DNA of 63,142 bases, the filler included. It is 7 parts of 7 records of this genome, joined end to end, with 100 filler letters (N's around TTAATTAATTAA, not from the genome) between each part and the next. Parts side by side here need not be neighbours in the genome. Positions count along the whole stretch, not along the records: positions 1 to 13,316 come from SRR2962707_3414; 6 more parts are not named here. The stretch is one strand, 5' to 3'. Under the pieces are notes generated by a model. That model worked only from the letters and a program-made list of their open reading frames with translations, was not told where the DNA came from and searched no databases. Each line of letters opens with the position of its first letter. The first letter of the stretch is position 1. The position numbers were made by a program, and so were the translations under genes. Shown here in pieces: positions 1-9,803 of this stretch.

Positions 1-158
1 GTTAATGACCGCGCAAAGCCAAGGCTGGAAAAAGATGTTCTTTTTAAATCCCCATGAAAAACTGAGCGGGCTGTAAAATAATTAGTGTTATTTTCAGATT
101 TATTGAGTTGCTTGCTTTAAAATACAGGTAATTAATTTTATTAAGGAATTCAGCAGTA

Positions 159-3089
159 ATGAATTCTATTCCAGTTAGCCTGTTTGGTCGGGTGTTTGCG
201 AGCAAAGCACGCTTAGCATTTGATCAGCAAGCGCTTGTCATTCGACAAGCTAATACAGTGACTCCTATCGAGTGGAGTGAGTTGTTGGCGCCATTATCTT
301 TCTCTTATGGGGTTTTCGGGCAAACTATTCGCTTTGCCACAGCTGAGCAAAACTATACATTTTTGATGCGAGCATATGGCACTCACCGACAAATTAAAAC
401 GAACTGTGAGCAATATTGGCTACACGCAAATATTGCTAAACTTAATGCAGTATTGACTAAAATATCGCAGTTTGTTGAGTTGCGATATTTACGTCAATCT
501 CATGTGGCCAGTTTAAAGCAAGCTGCGCTTGATGAATCTAAGCGCTGGTTACCTTGGGTAAAACAAAGCCCTGTACTGCACTTAGTTGCTAATAAAATAA
601 CGTTACTTGAACAATATGCTAATTGGCGTGAGCAACTCACCCAGCATCTACAACAGCGCTACCTTACTAAGCAAGTTAAATTACACGCCCGCTTTTTTGA
701 TGCGGTTGAGACAAACCCTTTAACACTCAGTCAAAGGCAAGCGTGTATTATTGATGACGACAACAACTTATTGTTAGCTGGGGCGGGTACCGGCAAAACC
801 AGTGTAATGATTGGCCGAGCAGGTTATTTAGTCACAAGTGGGCAAGCGCAATACAGTGATATTTTATTGTTAGCTTACGGCCGAAAAGCAGCTGATGAAA
901 TGGATGAAAGGATTAAAAATAAACTCGTCAGTGATAAAATAAAGGCTGCAACCTTTCACAGCATTGGTCTTGCGATTATTGCTAAGGTTGAAAATGCCAA
1001 ACCCAGCATGAGTGTGCTTGCCCAAGATGAACAAGCAAAAGCTAAATGGGTGCAACAATGTTTTGAATCACTGATTGATAACAACGAGCGTTATCGCACT
1101 CTAGTGCTGGATTATTTTAGTAAATATTATTACGTCGAAAAAAATGAGTTTGATTTTAAAACCTTAGGTGATTACTACAGTTATTTAAACGATAACGATA
1201 TTCGCAGTCTTAAAGGCGAAAAAGTAAAAAGCTTTGGCGAACTCTACATTGCTAATTGGCTATTTTATCACGGCATAGACTATCAGTATGAAGCGCCGTA
1301 TAAAGTGGCTGTAAAAACTGTTGAGCGTAGCCAGTATAAGCCTGATTTTTACTTGCCTGAGTACGATATTTATATTGAATACTATGGTATTGATGACTCA
1401 GGTAATACTGCTCCTTATATCGATAAACAACACTATCACCAGTCAATTGATTGGAAAAACACCACCCACGCTACTCATAATACGCAGTGTATAGCGCTCA
1501 ATTTTGGCCAGCATAAAAAAGGTCAGTTATTAGATGAGCTTAACAAAGCGCTTGCAAGTGCAGGTGTGCGAACTCAAATGCTACCAAAGCAATCACTGCT
1601 TGAAAGCTTAAAAGAAACGGGCCGGATCACAGTATTAGCTCAGCTATTTAGTGAACTAATTGGCTTGTACAAAGCTGCTTATTTAAATGCTCATGATGAA
1701 GCGGATATAATTAAACGCAGTGCCGATGCTAAGCAAACAAAGCAGGCACTTGCGCTGCTAAATCCGATTATAGCCTCTTATAATAAGCATCTTTCGCAGT
1801 GCGGTGAAATTGATTTTGAAGATATGATCATCAAAGCAATTGGCTATGTAGAGTCAGGTCAATTTGTCTCACCTTGGCGCTATATTATGGTTGATGAGTT
1901 TCAGGATATTTCACACTCTAGGGCGCGATTAGTTAAAGCTCTGCGTGATAGCCGTAAAGGGTGCTCGGTATTTGCTGTGGGTGATGATTGGCAAGCGATT
2001 TACCGCTTTAGCGGCGCAGATATAAAGTTAACCACACAGTTTAAAACGTATTTTGGTTTTACAACCGAAGCGCAATTGGACACTACTTTTCGTTTCAATA
2101 ATAAAATAGCCGAGGTTGCTTCAGCATTTATAAGTAAAAATCCTGCGCAACTTAATAAAACCATAACGTCTTTAACTCAAGTAACGCAGCCAGCGGTATC
2201 AATACTAAGACGTGGCAATAAAGCACCGACTACTTTTAACCCTACTTTTGCTCATAACCACAGCCAGATTCCAGAGCTTGGTAATGGCGCAATAGCCGAT
2301 GTACTGGGTGCAATTCACGCTACAGTGTGCAAACCCACGACGGTTTATTTTTTGGCACGGTTTTGGTTTCAACTGCCAACCCATACAGATATTAACGCTA
2401 TGCAAGCGAAATATCCGCTGTTAAAAATTCAGTCTCAGACCTTTCATGCAGCAAAAGGCAAAGAGGCTGAATATGTGGTGATCATCGGTTTACAAAAAGG
2501 GAAACATGGTTTTCCAAGCGAAAAAATAACGCCTGCCATTATTGATGCATTGCTGCCTGAGCAAGAGGATTTCGCATTTGCTGAGGAGCGACGGTTATTT
2601 TACGTCGCACTGAGCCGGGCTAAAAAGCGGGCCTATATAATTGCAGATATGACTAATGCGAGCTGTTTTGTTACAGAGCTAATCGCTGAATACGATATAG
2701 AGCTGAATGAATTTAACAGTGACATAGCACAAACGCATAGTGGAGAAATTAATTGTATGCGCTGCGATACCGGCGTATTGAAAAAGCAAACGGGGCGATT
2801 TGGTTTATTTTACAGCTGTTCGTTATTTCCGCGTTGCGAGCACAAAGAAAAGCCTTGTCAGCAGTGCCAAAGCCCAATGACCCGCAGCCGCCATGCCGGA
2901 TTTAAATTGTGCGTTAATGAGTCGTGCAATCACATGCAACCTATATGTGATAAATGCGGCGCTGAAATGGTATTACGCAATAGTGCAAAAGGGCAGTTTT
3001 GGGGATGCAAAAACTTTAAAGGAAATGATCTTCATAGCTGCAAAAATGGCAAAGACAGGAAAGCAATTAAATGGCCTGAACAAGTTTAG
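159..3089 (+). CDS. helD: DNA helicase IV (UvrD/SF1), long form with inserted PD-(D/E)xK-like domain and C-terminal C4 zinc ribbons
   Basis: Walker A LAGAGTGKT, motif II VDEFQD, VGDDWQAIYRFSGAD, TFHAAKGKEA and EERRLFYVALSRAK. It has a HelD-type N-terminal region and C-terminal CxxC clusters (CMRC..GRFGLFYSCSLFPRC; CDKC..GQFWGC). Confidence 0.88.
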   Translation: MNSIPVSLFGRVFASKARLAFDQQALVIRQANTVTPIEWSELLAPLSFSYGVFGQTIRFATAEQNYTFLMRAYGTHRQIKTNCEQYWLHANIAKLNAVLTKISQFVELRYLRQSHVASLKQAALDESKRWLPWVKQSPVLHLVANKITLLEQYANWREQLTQHLQQRYLTKQVKLHARFFDAVETNPLTLSQRQACIIDDDNNLLLAGAGTGKTSVMIGRAGYLVTSGQAQYSDILLLAYGRKAADEMDERIKNKLVSDKIKAATFHSIGLAIIAKVENAKPSMSVLAQDEQAKAKWVQQCFESLIDNNERYRTLVLDYFSKYYYVEKNEFDFKTLGDYYSYLNDNDIRSLKGEKVKSFGELYIANWLFYHGIDYQYEAPYKVAVKTVERSQYKPDFYLPEYDIYIEYYGIDDSGNTAPYIDKQHYHQSIDWKNTTHATHNTQCIALNFGQHKKGQLLDELNKALASAGVRTQMLPKQSLLESLKETGRITVLAQLFSELIGLYKAAYLNAHDEADIIKRSADAKQTKQALALLNPIIASYNKHLSQCGEIDFEDMIIKAIGYVESGQFVSPWRYIMVDEFQDISHSRARLVKALRDSRKGCSVFAVGDDWQAIYRFSGADIKLTTQFKTYFGFTTEAQLDTTFRFNNKIAEVASAFISKNPAQLNKTITSLTQVTQPAVSILRRGNKAPTTFNPTFAHNHSQIPELGNGAIADVLGAIHATVCKPTTVYFLARFWFQLPTHTDINAMQAKYPLLKIQSQTFHAAKGKEAEYVVIIGLQKGKHGFPSEKITPAIIDALLPEQEDFAFAEERRLFYVALSRAKKRAYIIADMTNASCFVTELIAEYDIELNEFNSDIAQTHSGEINCMRCDTGVLKKQTGRFGLFYSCSLFPRCEHKEKPCQQCQSPMTRSRHAGFKLCVNESCNHMQPICDKCGAEMVLRNSAKGQFWGCKNFKGNDLHSCKNGKDRKAIKWPEQV

Positions 3090-3203
3090 TGATTAAAAAA
3101 CACCCTTAATTTAGAGGCTTACGACAAAAAATAGTCTATAAAAATAATTTATGGAATAATAAGCGTTGTTTTACCCTTTGACAATAATTAGGTAATTTTG
3201 ATA

Positions 3204-3627
3204 ATGAGATTTTCGATAGAAGAGATGGAAGCTGCTTTTACAGAAATTAATGAGCATGCAAATCCATTATTAGCTTTTTTAGGGGCCTTATCAGGTTCAT
3301 TGCCGGCCATTATGGTCTATTTTTTATTTACAGAAATGGGGGGGGGTTTTACTGGTTTTAATGTTTTTATCGCCATTGATTATAGGTTACTTCGCTCGTT
3401 TCGTGGGTAGAACTTATAAAGCTAAACATCGCTTAGCGGTAGGTTTTGTTGGAGCAACCGTTTATATTTTAGGCTGCGTTATATTTGGCATGAACCCACT
3501 GATGTATCTTTTAGTACCTGTTGCATTTGGCATTGCGATGTCCACGGCGAAAATCAAATTATACCGAGTTCACGAGTGGGCAATTGAATGGGAACAAAAC
3601 GGTAAGCTATTCAAAAAAGAAGCTTAA
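3204..3627 (+). pseudogene. Small membrane protein split by a frameshift in a G9 tract
   Basis: Two overlapping hydrophobic ORFs (3198-3410, 3361-3627) join into one frame (..EMGGVLLVLMFLSP..) if one G of the run at 3338-3346 is removed. Confidence 0.7.
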
Positions 3628-3647
3628 TTAACTACTGTTAATGTGCG

Positions 3648-3675
3648 ACTCGAAGGATAAATTAATCCTTCGAGT
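3648..3675. terminator. Hairpin between convergent genes, likely a bidirectional terminator
   Basis: Perfect 11-bp inverted repeat ACTCGAAGGAT-N6-ATCCTTCGAGT between the stops at 3627 (+) and 3685 (-). Confidence 0.7.
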
Positions 3676-3684
3676 TGTGTGTAT

Positions 3685-4632
3685 TTATTGCATCATTCCT
3701 GCCAATTGGTGATACAAACCAATCCCTACCGTGACGTTAAATGCGAAGGTAATACCCAGAGAGCTGAGCATTGCCAAGCCTATATCTGCTTTTGGAATGG
3801 CGGCTTTAATCGCTGCGGGGGCGGCAATATAGGAGGCGCTGGCCACTAAGCTTGCTAGCACAACAATTGAGCCTAACTCGAGCTTTAATACTGTGCCGAC
3901 AGCGACACCAATTACGCCTAAAAATAGCGGTGTGACTAACGCAAATAATGCAACCCGCCAGTGATGCCATGGAATAGGGCGCAGTGTTTTGGCTGCTGTT
4001 AATCCCATTTCCAGTAAAAATAACGCCAGCACGACTTTAAAGCTGCTAGTCAGTAGGTTAGTGACTTGGCTGCCTTGTTGTGTGCCGTAAAGCATGCCGA
4101 TAATCACGCCACCGACTAACAGAATGATGCTTTTATTGGTTAGGGTTTCATGCCAGAGTGTTTTTAATGAAAGCGTGCCTGTATTGTTATTTTCTTTATT
4201 AAGACGTCTGTAAAGTAATAACCCTACAATGATTGCTGGTAATTCTAGCATTACTAAATAAAGTGTAACCTCTGCGCCAACAATGAGTTGTGACGATTCT
4301 GCATAAGCCAGTGCAACGGCAAATGTCCCTGCGCTTACTGAGCCGTAATGGGCTGCAATACTTGCGCTATTAGCGACAGAGAGTCTTACGAGGTATTTTA
4401 AAATGGGGTAGAGCATTAACGGAATAAATGCCCCCAACAACATCACCGAGCCCATTTCTGGTAGTAACTGCCAGCTCAAATTACCATGTAAAACCATGCC
4501 ACCTTTTAAGCCAATAGTGAGCATTAATAACAAGCTGAGCGTTTCGTAGGTCGCTTGTGGTATTTTTAAATCAGATCGCAACAGCCCTGCAACTAAGCCT
4601 AAAATAAAAAACATAACAACAATATCTGGCAC
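3685..4632 (-). CDS. sbtA: Sodium-dependent bicarbonate transporter family permease (SbtA)
   Basis: Motifs IGLKGG, AAHYGSVSAGTF, LFLLEMG, ASASYIAAPAA and SLGITFAFN. The likely start is GTG at 4632, after a GGAG RBS. Confidence 0.88.
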   Translation of the reverse strand: MPDIVVMFFILGLVAGLLRSDLKIPQATYETLSLLLMLTIGLKGGMVLHGNLSWQLLPEMGSVMLLGAFIPLMLYPILKYLVRLSVANSASIAAHYGSVSAGTFAVALAYAESSQLIVGAEVTLYLVMLELPAIIVGLLLYRRLNKENNNTGTLSLKTLWHETLTNKSIILLVGGVIIGMLYGTQQGSQVTNLLTSSFKVVLALFLLEMGLTAAKTLRPIPWHHWRVALFALVTPLFLGVIGVAVGTVLKLELGSIVVLASLVASASYIAAPAAIKAAIPKADIGLAMLSSLGITFAFNVTVGIGLYHQLAGMMQ

Positions 4633-4712
4633 ACCTTTCTCCTTTATATTTGAAGTGGCGCTATTGTAGTGAAAATATTGCATAGAAAATAATAAAATGA
4701 TTAGTGGTTATG

Positions 4713-4730
4713 TATAGGTTATTATCTATA
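4713..4730. promoter_or_regulatory. Putative LysR-binding inverted repeat in the sbtA/lysR divergent promoter
   Basis: TATAG-N8-CTATA dyad in the AT-rich intergenic region. The function is inferred from position only. Confidence 0.35.
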
Positions 4731-4775
4731 GGTTTTTTTCATTCGTTATTTTTTTACTTTACTTAAGAGGCTGGC

Positions 4776-5720
4776 ATGGATTTAAGGCACATATCATTTC
4801 GACTCCTTGAAGTATTTATGAGTGTGGTAAAAACGGGTTCAATCAGTAAGACCGCAAGAGCGCTGCATTTAACTCAGCCTACGGTATCTTTGCAAATTAA
4901 GCGCTTACAAGAGGCGGTTGGTGAACCGTTAATTTTAATCCAGCAGCAAAAGTTAACCGTTACCGAAGCAGGGCTAGCGTTATTTAGAACTTGCCAGCAA
5001 GTATTCGGTCAGTTTGATGATTACAAAGATTTTTTAGCAGAGCTTAGAGGCGGTGAGCGCGGCCGCTGTAAAATTGCTATGGTCAATACAGCGCAATATA
5101 TTTTGCCTAAATTACTTGGGCCCTATAGTAATATGCACCCGCATGTTGAACTGCCCCTAGAAATTGGTAACAGGGCTGAAGTTTTAGCAAGGTTTGAGCG
5201 TGGAGAAGACGACATTTATGTATTTAGTCACCCACCATCTCTAGAGCACGCAAAAGCTGTGCGCTTTTTACAAAACCCACTCGAGTTCATTGTGCCAAGC
5301 GAACATCCTCTTGCAGCAGCAACTGAGACCACCTTAGCTGAGCTGACAAATTATCGGTTTTTATTAAGAGAGCCCGGCTCCGCTACGCGGATGTTATTTG
5401 AAAGCGAATTACAAAGTAGAGGCTTAGTGCTAAGTGACAGCGTACAAATGGCGAGTAATGAGGCGATTCGGGTGGCGGTTTCATCAGGAATGGGCGTTGC
5501 AGTGCTTTCTCGTCATGTACTGCCAAAAGGCGATGAGAGTTTTAAAGTACTCAGTGTCAGTGAGTCTCAACTTGCCAGTCATTGGTATTTTGTGATCCGT
5601 ACCGATCGGCATCTATCCCATGCAGCACGCAGCTTTTTGCAATTTGCAGAGCACAATTTAGAGCGCTTTTTAGATGCTCGTTGGGTGTGTAACGAGCTTC
5701 ACGGTCTTGACCTAAACTGA
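4776..5720 (+). CDS. LysR-family regulator, CbbR/CmpR-like
   Basis: HTH LHLTQPTVSLQIKRL, with QYILPKLLGP, REPGSATR and SNEAIRVAV typical of the CbbR subfamily. Divergent from sbtA. Confidence 0.85.
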   Translation: MDLRHISFRLLEVFMSVVKTGSISKTARALHLTQPTVSLQIKRLQEAVGEPLILIQQQKLTVTEAGLALFRTCQQVFGQFDDYKDFLAELRGGERGRCKIAMVNTAQYILPKLLGPYSNMHPHVELPLEIGNRAEVLARFERGEDDIYVFSHPPSLEHAKAVRFLQNPLEFIVPSEHPLAAATETTLAELTNYRFLLREPGSATRMLFESELQSRGLVLSDSVQMASNEAIRVAVSSGMGVAVLSRHVLPKGDESFKVLSVSESQLASHWYFVIRTDRHLSHAARSFLQFAEHNLERFLDARWVCNELHGLDLN

Positions 5721-5745
5721 GTCAATATTGTTATTTACCTACAAG

Positions 5746-6747
5746 TTATTTAACAGTGGGCGTTGAGTCGCGCAAAATTAAATTTGGCTGGAATACATGA
5801 CTAATCGTGATGCCGGTGTGCTTATAAATATCTTTAAGTACTAAGTTAGCAGCCATTTTGCCCATTTCTGGCACTGGGTTATTAATTGTTGTAAGCGTTG
5901 GGTACAGGTAATTGGTAAAAATAACGTTATCGTAGCCTATAATGGCAAGGTCGCTTGGTAGATTAAAGCCATGCTCTCGGGCATATTTCATGGCTCCCGA
6001 GGCCATTTCATCATTAGCGCAAACCAGTGCTGTAAAAGAAACGTTGTTATCGATGAACGACTTTAAGCCATCATTACCGCCTGTTTCTTTGAAATCGCCA
6101 ATGTAAAATAAGTTTTCATCAAACTCGATATCAAACTCTTTTAGAGCTTGTTTATGGCCTTTAAGTCGATCTGATGCATCTATTTTAAATTGTGGCCCTG
6201 CAATATAAGCTATATTTTTATGTCCGCGGGTGATCATGGTTTTAGTCGCTAAGTAACCACCCATTACGTTATCTAAACTAATGCAGTTTTCTTTGATTTC
6301 TTCTACATAACGGCTCATTAAGTAAATAGGTGTTTTACCTTTACTCAGTTCAATTAAGTACTCGTTTGAGACTGCCTCAACATGGGCAATGATGGCATCG
6401 CAATTACGGCTGATCAAAAATTCAAAGCCGTTTTTTTCCTTGCTTTCATCACTGTGCCCAGGGGTTATAATGACGTGTTTACCTGCAACTCGAAGTTGCT
6501 CTTCAATCGCCGACATCATTTGACCGAAAAATGGACCGTCTAACTCTGAGACTAAAATACCAACACTGCTGGTTCTGCTTGAAGCGAGTGAGCGTGCGAT
6601 AGAGCTTGGTTGATAGCCAAGCTCTTGCATTGCTTCCATCACTTTCTTTTTAGTTTTTTTACTCACGTAGTCATTATTGTTCAGAACTCTGGACACAGTA
6701 GACAGGGATACACCTGCAAGCTCTGATACCTGATAAATTGTAGCCAT
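5746..6747 (-). CDS. LacI-family regulator (BglR-like)
   Basis: N-terminal HTH TIYQVSELAGVSLSTVSRVLN and a periplasmic-binding-fold effector domain. Last gene of the beta-glucoside cluster. Confidence 0.92.
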   Translation of the reverse strand: MATIYQVSELAGVSLSTVSRVLNNNDYVSKKTKKKVMEAMQELGYQPSSIARSLASSRTSSVGILVSELDGPFFGQMMSAIEEQLRVAGKHVIITPGHSDESKEKNGFEFLISRNCDAIIAHVEAVSNEYLIELSKGKTPIYLMSRYVEEIKENCISLDNVMGGYLATKTMITRGHKNIAYIAGPQFKIDASDRLKGHKQALKEFDIEFDENLFYIGDFKETGGNDGLKSFIDNNVSFTALVCANDEMASGAMKYAREHGFNLPSDLAIIGYDNVIFTNYLYPTLTTINNPVPEMGKMAANLVLKDIYKHTGITISHVFQPNLILRDSTPTVK

Positions 6748-6815
6748 TGATTTCCTAACGTTAATACTCTGTTTTATATGATATTTTATAAATCAGTTTT
6801 GAGTGTTAATGTAAT

Positions 6816-8342
6816 TTACACATTACTGCGCCTAATTGCCAAGTCTTCTGTGATTTTTTGTGTCATTTGCGAAGTCAGTGGGTATATTAGCATCAAAATA
6901 GCCCCTAAGAAGGCAAATGCAGCAGGTATCCAGCTCATTAACAACTGCATGCCGGGAAGTGATTGCTTGATAGTTGCTTCGTCCATACCGTTATAGCCGT
7001 AACCAGCTAACACAACCAGCACTAGAGCCCCTGCAAATCCACCGCCAGTTTTTTGTACAAAGGTGCCAGCAGAGTAAATTAAGCCAGTTGCACGGCGTTT
7101 GTTTTTCCATTCAGAATAATCAGCTGAGTCACCTAACATACTAAAAAACAGCGTAGGCATCATTGCGGCAAAAAATTCAGCTGCGCAACCAAAGGTAAAT
7201 ATCGCCACTATATTGCCACTTGGCACCCAATAAAATGCGGTCGTTAATAAACCACTCAATACCAGCGAGAGAACAAATAAATTACGCTTGCCGATCATCT
7301 CGGCCAATTTGCCGGTAGCAAGGGCGCCAAAAATAGAGACAATTAACAACGCAACAAAATATTGCCCAGCCATAAGCTCGTCAGCCACTTGGTACTTAAA
7401 GTAATAGGCAATAACACCATATTTAATACCGTTAAACATCATGGTTAAAAAGCCAATACCGAGCAGGATAAGCCAAGGTTTGTTGGTTAATAAATCCACC
7501 ATGTCGCGCTGCGTACCTGTTAAATTACTCTGATCTTTATTGAGTAGTTTTTTTATTACGAAAGTCATTGCAGCCATAACCACTGCGAAGAATAAGCCAC
7601 TGTAAATATCACGGTAGTAAAAGAATAAAGTGGTTGCCAGCAGCGGTAGAATAATAAATGGCAGATTTATGGTTAAATCTTTGAGCTCTGATTTTAAACT
7701 CCCTTCGTTTGATGCATGCGGCACTACGCGCTCTTTTGTGGATACAAAAGTGATCACCATCAGTGCTATCAATAGCGCTGCAAATAAATACATGGTTAGT
7801 TGGTAGCCTTTGGCATTATCTCCTGCACCAAAGTAAGCTACTAGCTCGGGTAAAAACCCCATAACCAGTAATCCGCCTGCAAAGGCTCCAGCAAAACGAA
7901 AACTAGATAGCTTTGTTCGCTCTGTGTCATCAGGACTCATAACCCCCATTAAGGCCGAATAGGGCACATTACTCACTGTATAAGCGAGTGTTAAACCAAT
8001 GTAAGTCACGTAGGCGTAAATTAATTTATTGGTTTCATTAAAGTTAGGGGTGGTAAAGCACAGCACCATAAATAATCCTAAAAAGGGTGCTGACCATAGT
8101 ATCCAAGGCCTAAACTTACCAAAGCGAGTGTTTGTTCTATCTGCAATCATGCCCATAATAATATCGGTAACGCCATCAGATAGGCGCACGACCAGAAATA
8201 ACATGGCAGCCGCTGCTGCAGATATTCCAAAGGTGTCGGTATAAAACACCGCAAGATAGGCAAGGGCACCACGCCAAACTAAATTAGCACCGGCATCGCC
8301 CATGGCGTAGCCGACTTTTTCATATAAAGGTATTTTATTCAC
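6816..8342 (-). CDS. Glycoside-pentoside-hexuronide (GPH) MFS sugar:cation symporter (BglT-like)
   Basis: EKVGYAMGD, DRTNTRFGKFRPW, NVPYSALMG and DYSEWK..RATG motifs. Confidence 0.9.
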   Translation of the reverse strand: MNKIPLYEKVGYAMGDAGANLVWRGALAYLAVFYTDTFGISAAAAAMLFLVVRLSDGVTDIIMGMIADRTNTRFGKFRPWILWSAPFLGLFMVLCFTTPNFNETNKLIYAYVTYIGLTLAYTVSNVPYSALMGVMSPDDTERTKLSSFRFAGAFAGGLLVMGFLPELVAYFGAGDNAKGYQLTMYLFAALLIALMVITFVSTKERVVPHASNEGSLKSELKDLTINLPFIILPLLATTLFFYYRDIYSGLFFAVVMAAMTFVIKKLLNKDQSNLTGTQRDMVDLLTNKPWLILLGIGFLTMMFNGIKYGVIAYYFKYQVADELMAGQYFVALLIVSIFGALATGKLAEMIGKRNLFVLSLVLSGLLTTAFYWVPSGNIVAIFTFGCAAEFFAAMMPTLFFSMLGDSADYSEWKNKRRATGLIYSAGTFVQKTGGGFAGALVLVVLAGYGYNGMDEATIKQSLPGMQLLMSWIPAAFAFLGAILMLIYPLTSQMTQKITEDLAIRRSNV

Positions 8343-8371
8343 TGTGTGTTTCTTATCGTTGTTTTAAGTGA

Positions 8372-8402
8372 CTAGCCGATTTTATTTTCATTCATCGGCT
8401 AG
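8372..8402. other. Intercistronic stem-loop
   Basis: CTAGCCGAT...ATCGGCTAG 9-bp inverted repeat between the GH1 and transporter genes, with no clean U-tract. Confidence 0.45.
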
Positions 8403-8408
8403 CATAAA

Positions 8409-9737
8409 TTACCGGCTCGTGATCAAGTTACTGTATGCAAGGCCACTGGCTTTAACTGTACGTTGTTGCGTATGATAATCAACGTATACAATACCAAAAC
8501 GCTTTAAATAACCCTCTGCCCATTCAAAGTTATCCATTAAGCTCCAAGCAAAATAGCCATCAATGCGCACACCTTGTTGCGTTGCATTGTGAAGCGCTGT
8601 TAAGTGTTGCTGATAGTAGCTGATACGATCTAAATCGTTTACTTGGCCATCATCAATAGTGTCCTTCATTGCTGCACCATTTTCAGTAATATAAACAGGT
8701 GGCAAGGTATATTTTTCGTTTAGTGATACTAGCAACTCAGTTAAGGCTTGTGGGTAAATCTCCCAGCCAATATCGGTTAAAGGCCCTTGATGCGGTCGTT
8801 CGTCGTAAAAGTCATCGTCACTTGCTTGATAATGTAAGCGGGTATAAAAATTAACGCCGAGGTAGTCTAAAGGCTGCGCAATGATATCCATGTCACCTGG
8901 GTGAATATCTGGGCGCTGCTCGCTTGGTAATTGGTCTATGATATCAGGATATTTGCCTTGCATTACTGGGCGCATATACCATTGATTAATGTAATCATCA
9001 GCGAAGGCTGTTGCTTTTAAGTCAGCGTCACTTTGGCTAACTGGGTAGCAAGGCGTAAAATTAAGTACAATACCATTTAGCGCATTAGGACTATTTTTAG
9101 CAAGTACTTGCATGGCAAGACCATGGCCGAGTAATAAGTGATGGGCTGCTTTGCGGCCAAACTCTCGGCCAACAATGCCCGGTGCATGCACACCTATTTC
9201 ATAGCCTAAGTAGGAGCTGCAAAACGGCTCGTTAAGTGTTGCATAAGAATAAACACGTTCAGCAAATGCTTCGCTTACCAAATCTACATATTTTGCATAT
9301 TCAAAGGCAGTATTACGATTAAGCCAGCCACCTTGATCTTCTAAATGCTGCGGTAAATCCCAGTGATAAAGCGTTACAAACGCTTTGATGTCACGACGGG
9401 CCAGCTCATCTAAAATATCTGTATAAAACTTAATACCCTCGGGGTTAAGGTTGCCATCGGCTTTGATCACCCGTGGCCAAGATATTGATAAACGGTAAGC
9501 ATCAACGCCTAAAGAGTCAATTAACGCAATATCGGCTGCCCAGTTGTTATAATGATCACAAGCAACTAAACCGTTTGAATTGTCAGCAATCTTACCAGGG
9601 GTGGCGCAAAATTTATCCCAAATACAGGGTAGTCGGCTATCTGCACCACCTTCAATTTGAAATGATGCTGTAGCAACACCAAAAGTAAACTCATTGCTAA
9701 GTAGCGGTGAGTTAGCGGGTAAAGATAATTTTTTCAT
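8409..9737 (-). CDS. bglA: GH1 beta-glucosidase
   Basis: FGVATASFQIEG, TLYHWDLPQ, acid/base TLNEP, nucleophile YITENG and WSLMDNFEWAEGY. Confidence 0.93.
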   Translation of the reverse strand: MKKLSLPANSPLLSNEFTFGVATASFQIEGGADSRLPCIWDKFCATPGKIADNSNGLVACDHYNNWAADIALIDSLGVDAYRLSISWPRVIKADGNLNPEGIKFYTDILDELARRDIKAFVTLYHWDLPQHLEDQGGWLNRNTAFEYAKYVDLVSEAFAERVYSYATLNEPFCSSYLGYEIGVHAPGIVGREFGRKAAHHLLLGHGLAMQVLAKNSPNALNGIVLNFTPCYPVSQSDADLKATAFADDYINQWYMRPVMQGKYPDIIDQLPSEQRPDIHPGDMDIIAQPLDYLGVNFYTRLHYQASDDDFYDERPHQGPLTDIGWEIYPQALTELLVSLNEKYTLPPVYITENGAAMKDTIDDGQVNDLDRISYYQQHLTALHNATQQGVRIDGYFAWSLMDNFEWAEGYLKRFGIVYVDYHTQQRTVKASGLAYSNLITSR

Positions 9738-9803
9738 TAATTGAAAACCTCTGCTTGCTTATACTGTCTGCAAATACGTTTTATAGTGAAAATGCAATGA
9801 GTG

